A stretch of 32,000 nucleotides of DNA from Pyrobaculum calidifontis JCM 11548 (GTDB lineage Archaea > Thermoproteota > Thermoprotei > Thermoproteales > Thermoproteaceae). A program made the translations under genes and the position numbers. Positions 22,161-30,216 of the stretch are shown piece by piece. The DNA lies in NCBI RefSeq assembly GCF_000015805.1, contig NC_009073.1, forward strand, positions 690,001-722,000, in the 5' to 3' direction. The first letter of the stretch is position 1. Every line of letters starts with the position of its first letter. Under the pieces are notes generated by a model. That model saw only the letters and a program-made list of their open reading frames with translations. It did no database searches and was not told the DNA's origin.

Positions 22161-24094
22161 TCTCCTGGCTTCGCAACTACTACAAGTCTGTCCCCGCCAT
22201 CCTCTTCATAGTGCTACTCGCAGGCGTAGCCTTCCCACCGCTCTTCTTGGCGGTCGCCGTCGGCATACTACTCGTCGGCGAATACCTCTTCCTCAGACTG
22301 TCCAGAGAGCCTCTTGAGCCAGAGAAAGAGGAGCGCAAGCTGGGCGACGTCGCCGCCTCATACGACCCGCGTCGCCGTTGTTATCACTTCTTCTGGCGAG
22401 TAGAGCCCCTCTACACTGCCCTGGGAAGGGAGGCGCTGCCATTGGTACACCACATGTTGAACGCCGCGTCGCTTAGGGAAAACGAGGCACTCGCCTACAT
22501 CCACTCGTACTCCAAGTACCTACGGTTCACAGTCTGCAAAACCGACGAAGACACGGCGCTGAGGAGGGCACTGGAGGTGGAGGAGGGCCTCAAGACCCTC
22601 TTCGTCATGAAGAGGGTAGAGGAGCCGCCCCTCTGCTCTATCAAGAAGCCTCCCCGCGCCCCGCTTTACATCGCCGCCGTAGTCCTCGCCGTGGTTGCCC
22701 TAGCCTCCACAGCAAGCCCCTACATCGCCCCTCTGCCCCGCTGGGCCGCCCCGCTCTTCGCCTTGCCCACCGCCCTCGCCCTCTGGGCTAAGTGGAGGTG
22801 GTTCGAGAGGGCGTACTGCGTCTCTCCCCTGCCCCTAGAGGCCATGTCCTATAGGTTTGACGACCTTGACCAGAGGGCGGAGGCCCTCGACGGAAACGCT
22901 GTGCAGGAGGCGTCTTCCCTCAGCCGCGCGATGGGGCACTGGGCCGTCGTCTTTAAGAAGATGCCCGAGGCCGTCGCCTACCAAAAATACGGGAGGAAGC
23001 TGGTGTCGATTAGGGAGGACGAGAAGACTACGCGGGAGGTGCAGAAGTACTTGGCCATGCGGGAGAGGATTCAGAGGGGGGAGTCCTACATCTACGTCAA
23101 AGTGTTCGGCGAAGCCGACTACCACGGCACCACCACCCACTTGCGGAAAGACCCCATCTCCACCGCCGTGTTTTGGCAGCTAGACCTCTGGCACGACGCA
23201 CTTTCGGGCGGCCTAACCCGCTTCCCCATCTTCTACGGCGGCGCCCACCTGGAGAGCGGAAAGAGGTACGTGACGCTGGGCGAGGAGCACGTGACGAGGA
23301 GAGAGGTGACAATAGACGTGGACTCCCTCCCCGCGCCGCACTTGTTGATATTCGGCGGGTCTGGAATGGGGAAATCGAAGACAATGGCCTGGCTGTTGAG
23401 GCAGTTCCGGGACAAAGGAGTTAGAATCGCAATTATCGACCCCCACGGGGACTACCGCTGTACTGCTGAGGAGTTCGGCCTTGTGGACCTTCCCAAGAAC
23501 GCCCTGCCTCCCCTCGACGAGGCGTCCTACGCCAAAATCGCCGCTGAGTTCGGCATGTCCGCCGGCGAGGCGTTGGAGAAGCTTGGCTTCAAGGTGCTGA
23601 GAGAGGTGCCGGAGCAGTACAGAATATCGCTCTTGGGCCTAGACCCGCTACGCCAATCTTTCTTGGTGACGGCGTGGTTGTTGTACGAGTTGAACAGGGT
23701 GAAGGACGAGCACAGGGAGAGGCTTGAGCGGGTCGTTGTGGTGGATGAAGCATACCTCGCCAGGGGGCCCGTCCTTGAGATGCTGGAGTTTATGGCCCGG
23801 GGCGCTAGAAAGTTCGGAATGGCCGTCTTCCTCATCACCCAGATGCCCGGCGACATACCCGAGGCGCTTAGGAACATGGCCTCCCTAATGCTGGTATTCG
23901 GCGGCAATTGGACGTATTTGAACCACGTCCGCGAAGTCCTTCGCCTAACGGCAGACGACATGTCCTGGCTTATGACTGGGAGGGCGCCGAGGGAGACCGG
24001 CGGCATGGTAAGAGTGCTGGCGGTACTCGCGCCTGGCTCAATCAAGAAGAAGCTGGAGATACAGCTCCCGTCAGACGTCTTCGAATGCGCATGA
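22157..24094 (+). CDS. membrane-anchored FtsK/HerA/VirB4-superfamily ATPase (CedB/VirB4/TraG-like candidate)
   Basis: There are two hydrophobic hairpins (AILFIVLLAGVAFPPLFLAVAVGILLVG; LYIAAVVLAVVALAS...PLFALPTALALWA). These are followed by Walker A LLIFGGSGMGKSKT, IAIIDPHGDY and Walker B RVVVVDEAYL. ATG 22157 forms an ATGA overlap with the upstream stop. Confidence 0.8.
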   Translation: MISWLRNYYKSVPAILFIVLLAGVAFPPLFLAVAVGILLVGEYLFLRLSREPLEPEKEERKLGDVAASYDPRRRCYHFFWRVEPLYTALGREALPLVHHMLNAASLRENEALAYIHSYSKYLRFTVCKTDEDTALRRALEVEEGLKTLFVMKRVEEPPLCSIKKPPRAPLYIAAVVLAVVALASTASPYIAPLPRWAAPLFALPTALALWAKWRWFERAYCVSPLPLEAMSYRFDDLDQRAEALDGNAVQEASSLSRAMGHWAVVFKKMPEAVAYQKYGRKLVSIREDEKTTREVQKYLAMRERIQRGESYIYVKVFGEADYHGTTTHLRKDPISTAVFWQLDLWHDALSGGLTRFPIFYGGAHLESGKRYVTLGEEHVTRREVTIDVDSLPAPHLLIFGGSGMGKSKTMAWLLRQFRDKGVRIAIIDPHGDYRCTAEEFGLVDLPKNALPPLDEASYAKIAAEFGMSAGEALEKLGFKVLREVPEQYRISLLGLDPLRQSFLVTAWLLYELNRVKDEHRERLERVVVVDEAYLARGPVLEMLEFMARGARKFGMAVFLITQMPGDIPEALRNMASLMLVFGGNWTYLNHVREVLRLTADDMSWLMTGRAPRETGGMVRVLAVLAPGSIKKKLEIQLPSDVFECA

Positions 24095-24906
24095 ACGGCG
24101 AAGAGGTGAAGAGGGAGGCCGTGAGGAGCTACACGGGCCTACCCACCTACGACGTGATGAGAGAGGACTGGCGGCGTGAGGCGTACACGCCGCTTTTGTC
24201 CGCCGTCGGAAACTCGCCCGATAATCCACAAGGCGCGCCAGAGTTGTCACCACAATCGCCGCCTCTGTCGGTTTCTGTCAATCCGTCCAATAGCCCACAA
24301 AGCGTCTCAGCCACGCCAGAGCCGTCCCCACAGCCGCCACCCGCACCTCTGCCGCCATCGCCGCATCCCACGCCGCTTTCGCCCTCCATCGAGGAGCTTA
24401 GCGGCGTGGTGGTGAGGACTGGTGTCCTCTTCCGCCGCTACTACCTCAAGCTGAAAGACGCAGAGGCTAGGCCGGGCGATGTCCTCGTCGTAGTGGGCCG
24501 GGACTGGTACGTCCTTAGGCCTGCGCCAAAGGCCGATGTGTGGGTCGGAGACGGGGTGATAAGGCTGAGGGGGGAGGCAGTGCGCTTCTCCCTCAACGCC
24601 ATACCGCAAAAGCTCTTGCTAGACTACGCGGCGCAGGTGGCGTGGGGCAAGACGGCCCTCGTTGCGGTGAGAGTGCCCCGCGCCAGGCTGAAGTGGCCCA
24701 GGCGCTACGACCCAGAAGTATCACCGTTTGCCAGAGACCTCGCAGAGATAGCACAGTCGCCGGCCCTCGTTGCCCTTGTGCGCCTTTCGGACAAGGGAGC
24801 CAAGAGGACTGCCCTTTCTTGGCTCTCCAAGGGCGCTTATGCCTACTGCCATGCCGTGAATCAACTGTTGCAGTCAATCGGCGTGGGGGTTAGGCTGATA
24901 TGCTAG
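24091..24906 (+). CDS. hypothetical protein with a Pro/Ser-rich linker
   Basis: ATG 24091 overlaps the ATPase stop (ATGA). It contains PELSPQSPPLSVSVNPSNSPQSVSATPEPSPQPPPAPLPPSPHPTPLSPS between two globular parts. Confidence 0.6.
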   Translation: MNGEEVKREAVRSYTGLPTYDVMREDWRREAYTPLLSAVGNSPDNPQGAPELSPQSPPLSVSVNPSNSPQSVSATPEPSPQPPPAPLPPSPHPTPLSPSIEELSGVVVRTGVLFRRYYLKLKDAEARPGDVLVVVGRDWYVLRPAPKADVWVGDGVIRLRGEAVRFSLNAIPQKLLLDYAAQVAWGKTALVAVRVPRARLKWPRRYDPEVSPFARDLAEIAQSPALVALVRLSDKGAKRTALSWLSKGAYAYCHAVNQLLQSIGVGVRLIC

Positions 24907-25655
24907 AGCTCGTGGTGGGCGGCCTAATCGAGCGTAATGCGGATTACGTCTACACCTTCTGCCCCACCGAGCGCTACACGGGCATCGGAGTGTCTCTCGA
25001 GCCAGAGGCGTCCATGCTCATATACGCCCTCACGGCGAGGTACAACCAGCCCATCCACATCACTCACACTAGGCAGTTGAAGGACTGTACGTCCCCCATC
25101 TGTCTTTTGTTTCAATACGCCGACCTTGAAGACCTCAAGGTGGAGAGGGGAGAGGCGACGTACGTGGCGCCGGTGGTAGACCCAGCCTCCCTCGTCGTGG
25201 CCATTGCCCTTGCCTACGCCCTTGAGCGCAGGCTGAGGGGCGGCTGGCTTGTGGAGGTGTACAGCGACGCCTGGCCACAGCACGTCGACGTTTTGCTATA
25301 CCTCAAGGCCTTGAGGGGCGTGGTTAGGATTTACACCACCACCCTCTCCGAGCGGGCAATGGCCGCAGACCGCGTCGTGGTAAACCACGCCTTCAAGGCA
25401 GAGGCACTGGGCCTCAAGGAGTATAGGGGCTACCCGTGGTGCACCCCGCCCACCGCCCCGCCGCCAGGCGTAGAGGAAGAGGTAGAGGAGCTGGTGCGCA
25501 CGGCTGTGGAAAGCGGCGGCTTTATCTCTCTAAAATATGCATTAGAGCAGTTCGGCCAGAGGGCCGTGGCGAGGGCCATAGCCCTCGGCCTTTTGCGTTA
25601 TGATCCAACGACGATGTCCCTCAAAGTCACAGAGGCCGCCCTAGGCCGTGGTTGA
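24900..25655 (+). CDS. hypothetical protein with a possible C-terminal wHTH
   Basis: 251 aa, with a 7-nt overlap with the upstream gene. The C-terminal LVRTAVESGGFISLKYALEQFGQRAVARAIALGLLRY is HTH-like. Confidence 0.55.
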   Translation: MLELVVGGLIERNADYVYTFCPTERYTGIGVSLEPEASMLIYALTARYNQPIHITHTRQLKDCTSPICLLFQYADLEDLKVERGEATYVAPVVDPASLVVAIALAYALERRLRGGWLVEVYSDAWPQHVDVLLYLKALRGVVRIYTTTLSERAMAADRVVVNHAFKAEALGLKEYRGYPWCTPPTAPPPGVEEEVEELVRTAVESGGFISLKYALEQFGQRAVARAIALGLLRYDPTTMSLKVTEAALGRG

Positions 25656-25824
25656 GGTAAAGAGGAAGGGCATCGCGGCGAAGCTAAGGCCGGCCACGCT
25701 GGAGGGAGTCCAATGCCTATACGTGGACGTGAACTCGGTGGCGGCGGCGCTCAGCGACCCGGAGGAGCTCTTCCGCTCAATGGCCAGCTTTCCTGGCCGC
25801 GCAGTCCTCGTCATAGACGCTTGA
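25648..25824 (+). CDS. 58-codon ORF, in frame with the next ORF across a single TGA
   Basis: GTG 25648 overlaps the upstream stop by 8 nt. The ORF ends ...GRAVLVIDA-TGA, and the same frame continues as HESHLPLARRY... (25837..26103). It is below the track's size cut-off. Confidence 0.35.
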   Translation: MVEVKRKGIAAKLRPATLEGVQCLYVDVNSVAAALSDPEELFRSMASFPGRAVLVIDA

Positions 25825-25836
25825 CACGAATCGCAT

Positions 25837-26103
25837 TTGCCCTTGGCTAGACGCTACTTAGAACTGTGCAGGAAGTGGATGGTGGAGCGCATCTTGTCGG
25901 AGTTCAAACCCGCCGAGGCCCTCGCCGCAGAGCTGGCATGCCGAGACGGTTGTGCCGTCCTCAGCAGAGACGTGGGTGTGGTTAAGGCGGTGGGCAACTG
26001 CGGCGTGCCAGTGTTTTTGTTTCTGCGGGGCCGCCTTTGGCTTGTGGAGGCGGCCACGGCGCACTCCGCCGCGTCCAGCGAAAGCTTTAAGGCAATTGCG
26101 TGA
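25837..26103 (+). CDS. hypothetical protein (possible PIN-like C-terminal half)
   Basis: 88 aa from a TTG start. AEALAAELACRDGCAVLSRDVGVVKAVGNCGVPVF resembles the C-terminal strand-helix-strand of PIN-type nucleases (weak similarity). Confidence 0.4.
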   Translation: MPLARRYLELCRKWMVERILSEFKPAEALAAELACRDGCAVLSRDVGVVKAVGNCGVPVFLFLRGRLWLVEAATAHSAASSESFKAIA

Positions 26104-26366
26104 TGCGCGACGCGTCTGTCGTCTTCATCTTCGCGGGCTGTCCTCCAGAGGAGCTTCTCGAGCTAAGGCGCTTTGGCTATCTGCTGGTCTCAACGGCGGA
26201 TTGCCAAGGCGTAGAAAAGGCGGTCGACGTCAAGGCCTACGTCCGGGGCAAATTCGCAGTGGTGGTAGGAGACGCCGAGCTGGCCAAGAGGCTGGACGTG
26301 GGGTGCATGGCGTGGGAAGAGGCGTTGGACTTCTTAAGGTGTGCTCGACGTAGAGGAGAGGGTTAG
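26100..26366 (+). CDS. hypothetical protein
   Basis: 88 aa, with a GTGATG overlap with the upstream stop. No recognised motif. Confidence 0.45.
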   Translation: MMRDASVVFIFAGCPPEELLELRRFGYLLVSTADCQGVEKAVDVKAYVRGKFAVVVGDAELAKRLDVGCMAWEEALDFLRCARRRGEG

Positions 26367-26567
26367 GGCCGATGCCGCGTAGTAGGGCCCCATGCGCTGG
26401 CCGCCTTGGCCAGCAACCGCCTCTCCAGCCTTGCCGCGTATGGGCCTTAGCCGCCAGCCAAGACAGCTTAACGCGACTTGCCGCCACACGGCAATGCCAT
26501 CGGCAGTGGACTATAATGAGTTCGACAGACGGCAAGCGAAAAAAAATAGGGGCAGGTTCTCTACGCC

Positions 26568-28067
26568 ATGTATAAACTGGAGTGGGATATGAGGGCTAGG
26601 TGGCTCTTCGCGGCGGCTTTGGCTGTGGCTGGGCTTTGGGCTGGGTGGACTGTCTACACTTGGCCTCACGTGGTGCAGTTCGTGCCCTCGTTCGCCGTGG
26701 CCTACAGCAGAGGGCTGGGCCAAGAGGTGGTGGTACAAGTGGTGAACCAGTCGGGCCACCCGGTGGACTTCTGCGCCTCGCTGATAGGCTGGTTTCCCAA
26801 CGGCACCCTCGCAAAGCTAGACGACGTGTGCGGCAGAGGAGAGGCAAAGGCAAACGTGGAGCGGTTTAGGAAGTACGCAGAGGCTTGGAAAAACTCGCCG
26901 GGGGAGGTGGGGGTAATAGTACTGCTGACATACGTCAACGGCACAACCCCAGACGGGAACTACACACTGGCACGCACGGCGAAGAGCTTCACAATACAGC
27001 CGGGCCGAGTGCTGAGGGGAGAGAGCGTGAGAGCCACGATAAAAGTCAAGGGAAAGCCCCCCACCCAGCCGCCCAAGGGCAGACAAGCCGCCGCTCTGGC
27101 ACTGCAGAGTCCGGGGCAAATGGCCCTACAGAGCTGGCCACCGGGCATGATGGCCCAGTGTATAACGGGGAGTGTAGTAGTCTGCTACTACTGGATATTG
27201 GACACAGTCTACGTGAATCAGACCAACACAGAGATACCGCTGGTGGCGGCTAGAGTGTCCACTGGGTGGGAGGCCTCACTGATAAATGATGTATACGTCA
27301 ACTATGTCCTAGCCGCCTCTAGTAGCAACTACGTCTACTTTTCAGGCGGAGCGGCGATCACGTATGTCGTCAACGGCGTAAGCATGCCCCAAGGCTACTC
27401 CGCTGACATATACACACTTGCTATCAGTGACAGCTCCTTCAAGTTGAGTAAAGGACTAACGATGATTCCCTATCAGCAAGGCCCCGGTATCGTCGTTGTT
27501 GGCTTTAAGGGCGACTACGCCGTTGCGCGTTATAGTGAGGTTCAATGTATCGTATCTATTGGGGCTTCCTGTGCTCCAACCAACTACTACGCCATCTTGT
27601 ACATGGTAAGGCCTAACGTTACTAATCCTACGTCCTACGGCGAGGTGTTGTCTCTGAGCAGCTATGTGGGCGACATGTTCAACTTGGTATCTAAGTACTG
27701 GAACAACCACACAGAATACGGCGGATCTGACGTAAGCGTAAATTCCATTACCACGGTCTCTGAGAATAACGGCATAAATATTTTGGCATTGGGAATACCG
27801 CTTATAAAAGAGCCACAAGATACAATAGTAGTGAATACCGCGTTAAATTTAGCCGTTGGCGTAGGCGCCAGTACACAAATTACCGCATTAGGAACAGCTT
27901 CCGCTGCGCTAAACACAAACAATCCGAAGTACTTCATATACGCCGTGTACTACCTGCCCCCCGTGAAGTTTGAATACCAAGGCGGCTATTACCCGCTCCC
28001 CTCGCTGTTTGTAGACTTCAGAGTGGGTGTTTCAACGCTTGACAGAGACGCAGAGGGCACGACGTAG
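26568..28067 (+). CDS. large secreted/membrane-anchored beta-rich protein with many N-glycosylation sequons (candidate surface or pilus-associated protein)
   Basis: N-terminal anchor MRARWLFAAALAVAGLWAGWTVY, with multiple N-x-S/T sequons (NGT, NYT, NQT, NVT, NHT...) and Ser/Thr/Asn/Val-rich composition. An A8-containing TATA-like box (GAAAAAAAATAG, about 26537-26549) lies about 25 nt upstream of ATG 26568. Confidence 0.7.
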   Translation: MYKLEWDMRARWLFAAALAVAGLWAGWTVYTWPHVVQFVPSFAVAYSRGLGQEVVVQVVNQSGHPVDFCASLIGWFPNGTLAKLDDVCGRGEAKANVERFRKYAEAWKNSPGEVGVIVLLTYVNGTTPDGNYTLARTAKSFTIQPGRVLRGESVRATIKVKGKPPTQPPKGRQAAALALQSPGQMALQSWPPGMMAQCITGSVVVCYYWILDTVYVNQTNTEIPLVAARVSTGWEASLINDVYVNYVLAASSSNYVYFSGGAAITYVVNGVSMPQGYSADIYTLAISDSSFKLSKGLTMIPYQQGPGIVVVGFKGDYAVARYSEVQCIVSIGASCAPTNYYAILYMVRPNVTNPTSYGEVLSLSSYVGDMFNLVSKYWNNHTEYGGSDVSVNSITTVSENNGINILALGIPLIKEPQDTIVVNTALNLAVGVGASTQITALGTASAALNTNNPKYFIYAVYYLPPVKFEYQGGYYPLPSLFVDFRVGVSTLDRDAEGTT

Positions 28068-28097
28068 GAATTTGAAAAACACCTACTTTCCCCCTCC

Positions 28098-28103
28098 TTT
28101 TTT
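28098..28103 (+). terminator. oligo-T terminator candidate
   Basis: CCCCCTCCTTTTTTCG lies about 30 nt after the stop of 26568..28067. Confidence 0.45.
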
Positions 28104-28225
28104 CGTCGGCTTTGTCCCATACACGTCGCGTAGCCTACCTAGGCTGAGCGACACTTGTGGTGCAGAGCAGTAAAGCGGCGGTTATTGAGGAGCAAAGACT
28201 TTTTCCAGCGTAAGAAATCTCCTAC

Positions 28226-29164
28226 GTGGGCAAGAGGAGGGAGGGGGACCCCCTGGAGGGCCTGGAGGGAGTGGGGCCAAAGACGCTGGAGCGGCTTAGG
28301 GAGCTGGGGGTGACGTCTGTGGAGCATCTGGCGGAGTTCACTGTGGAGGAGCTTGTGGAGGCTGGCGTGGAGTACGACCGCGCCGTCAAGATCCTCCAGC
28401 AGGCAATACAGCGCGTCGGCACGACGCGTCCCATGACCGCGAGAGAGCTTAGGACGCAACAGCGCAGGGCCTTCAAAACCGGCGTCTCGGAGTTCGACGA
28501 GAAGACTCCCTGGCGCGGCATACGCGAGGCCTTTATCTACGAATTCGCGGGGGAGTTCGGCGCGGGGAAGTCCATGCTGGCTCACCAGCTCTCTGTTGCG
28601 GCCCTCGCCCAAGGCTTCACCACGCGTGTGGTGTACATCGACACGGAGGGGACATTCAACGACGGCCTCGTCGAGGCTGTAGCGAAGAGGTTCAACTTCG
28701 ACGCCGACAAGGCGTTAGAGGCAATCGTCGTCTATCAGCCCGCCAACGTTGTCCAGCTTGAACAGATTGTGAAGTTCGACCTGCCAAGACACATCGCCGA
28801 GGGTTGCCGCCTCGCCGTAATCGACACCATTACTGCGCTGTACCGCGCCGAATTCGTTGGGAGGGAGATGCTGGCCGCCAGACAGCAACGCATCCACTAC
28901 CTCGTGGACTGGCTGAGGAGGCATGCCAGGACTTTTGGGCTAACGTCGGTGCTCACTAACCAGGTCATGGACGTGCCAGAGGCCTTTTCCGTGGGCAAGA
29001 GGCCCGCCGGCGGCAACGTGTTGGCACACGCGGTAAACGCCAGGTTCATGATGTCCCGGCCCAACAAGGCAAAGGCGGAGGGCTACATGTGGCCGCTGGA
29101 CGTGCCGGGGATGCCCCCCGACGTGAGGATTGACTACCGCATCACAGATGCGGGGCTGGAGTAG
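28226..29164 (+). CDS. RadA/Rad51-family recombinase paralogue (full length, with N-terminal HhH domain)
   Basis: The HhH region reads LEGLEGVGPKTLERLRELGVTSVEHLAEFTVEELVEAGV. Walker A is FAGEFGAGKSM (canonical RadA has GEFGSGKTQ) and Walker B is LAVIDTITALYRAEFVGREMLAARQQ. The C-terminal VLTNQVMDVPE...PAGGNVLAHAVNARF is colinear with RadA. Confidence 0.9.
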   Translation: MGKRREGDPLEGLEGVGPKTLERLRELGVTSVEHLAEFTVEELVEAGVEYDRAVKILQQAIQRVGTTRPMTARELRTQQRRAFKTGVSEFDEKTPWRGIREAFIYEFAGEFGAGKSMLAHQLSVAALAQGFTTRVVYIDTEGTFNDGLVEAVAKRFNFDADKALEAIVVYQPANVVQLEQIVKFDLPRHIAEGCRLAVIDTITALYRAEFVGREMLAARQQRIHYLVDWLRRHARTFGLTSVLTNQVMDVPEAFSVGKRPAGGNVLAHAVNARFMMSRPNKAKAEGYMWPLDVPGMPPDVRIDYRITDAGLE

Positions 29165-29325
29165 CCCTTTACCTTTTCTATGTCAAACCGCCGCCGGCGC
29201 CGTCAAAAGCGGAGAGCCAATTGTCCTTCTCGGCGGCTATCCAGCGCTTGGCAAAGTTGAACCCGCCGCCTCAGCCTATACAGCCTTGATAAGCACACTT
29301 TACCAAGTTTTCTTTGTTTCTACAA

Positions 29326-30216
29326 ATGTCCATGAGACCTGAGTACTTCTTCCACCTTGTCGTTGCGGCTGAGGGTAATGCCCTTGTCACCGGCCTCCCC
29401 GGCTCTGGGAAGACGACGCTTGTGAAGAGGGCTCTCTCAAACGTTCCCAGGGATTTTGCCGTGGTTGTGCTGGATACGGCCGGCGAGTTTCGCAGGTGTG
29501 ACTACGCCGGCCCGTTCTCGGTCAACCCGCTTGAGCTACCGCCTCTCCAGCTGGTGGAGGTCTTGGAAGAGTCTCTGCGCGCCACATATGGGGAGTACGC
29601 CTACGTGTGGACGCCGGCCATGTCCGAGGTGTTGCTAATGGCCGCCCAGAGGGCGCGCACTCTGGCGGAGGTATACGAGAGGGTGTTAGAGGCCGCGCCG
29701 CCCCACATGGTGGACACCGCCCTCGCAGTTAGGAGGAGGCTCCTCCACTTCGCGAGGCAATTTGAAGCCACAGACGTCCCAGTGGAGGCTGGCAAGTCCA
29801 CTTGCGTGGACATATCGGCGTTGGACAGAGTGGCCCGTGTCGCATACGTCCTAACGCTGTTGGAGCTACACCGCAAGGCGCACAACGTCATCTACGTCGT
29901 CGACGAGGCGCACCGATTCTTCACCACGTACTACCCACTCCTCGTGGACCACTTGAGGACGGGGAGGCACAGCGGCCGGTTCTTCGTCCTGCTAAGCCAC
30001 TCGCCGAGGGAGTTCGCTAGGCACATGGGCTACGTCAAGGTGTGGGTGAGATTCCCCGAATTCGACATGGACCAACGGCAAGGCGTCCACTGGCACCCCT
30101 CAGTGGCGTATGTGACGGTGTACGCCGCGTCCAAGAGGTCCGCGGCGGCTCTTGCCGCATTGGGCGTGCCTCTCAGAGGCGCCAAGGCGGAGTTCGCCAT
30201 GGAGGTAACGCCGTGA
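29326..30216 (+). CDS. soluble HerA/VirB4-like (DUF87-type) P-loop ATPase
   Basis: Walker A NALVTGLPGSGKTTL, then VVVLDTAGEF and Walker B VIYVVDEAHRFF. ATG 29326 is chosen (track start TTG 29314). Confidence 0.75.
   Translation: MSMRPEYFFHLVVAAEGNALVTGLPGSGKTTLVKRALSNVPRDFAVVVLDTAGEFRRCDYAGPFSVNPLELPPLQLVEVLEESLRATYGEYAYVWTPAMSEVLLMAAQRARTLAEVYERVLEAAPPHMVDTALAVRRRLLHFARQFEATDVPVEAGKSTCVDISALDRVARVAYVLTLLELHRKAHNVIYVVDEAHRFFTTYYPLLVDHLRTGRHSGRFFVLLSHSPREFARHMGYVKVWVRFPEFDMDQRQGVHWHPSVAYVTVYAASKRSAAALAALGVPLRGAKAEFAMEVTP

Noticed and set aside
25822-25824. In-frame TGA as a selenocysteine codon
   Set aside because: To my knowledge Crenarchaeota lack the Sec machinery, and I see no SECIS-like hairpin downstream. 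Two genes or a nonsense mutation is more likely.
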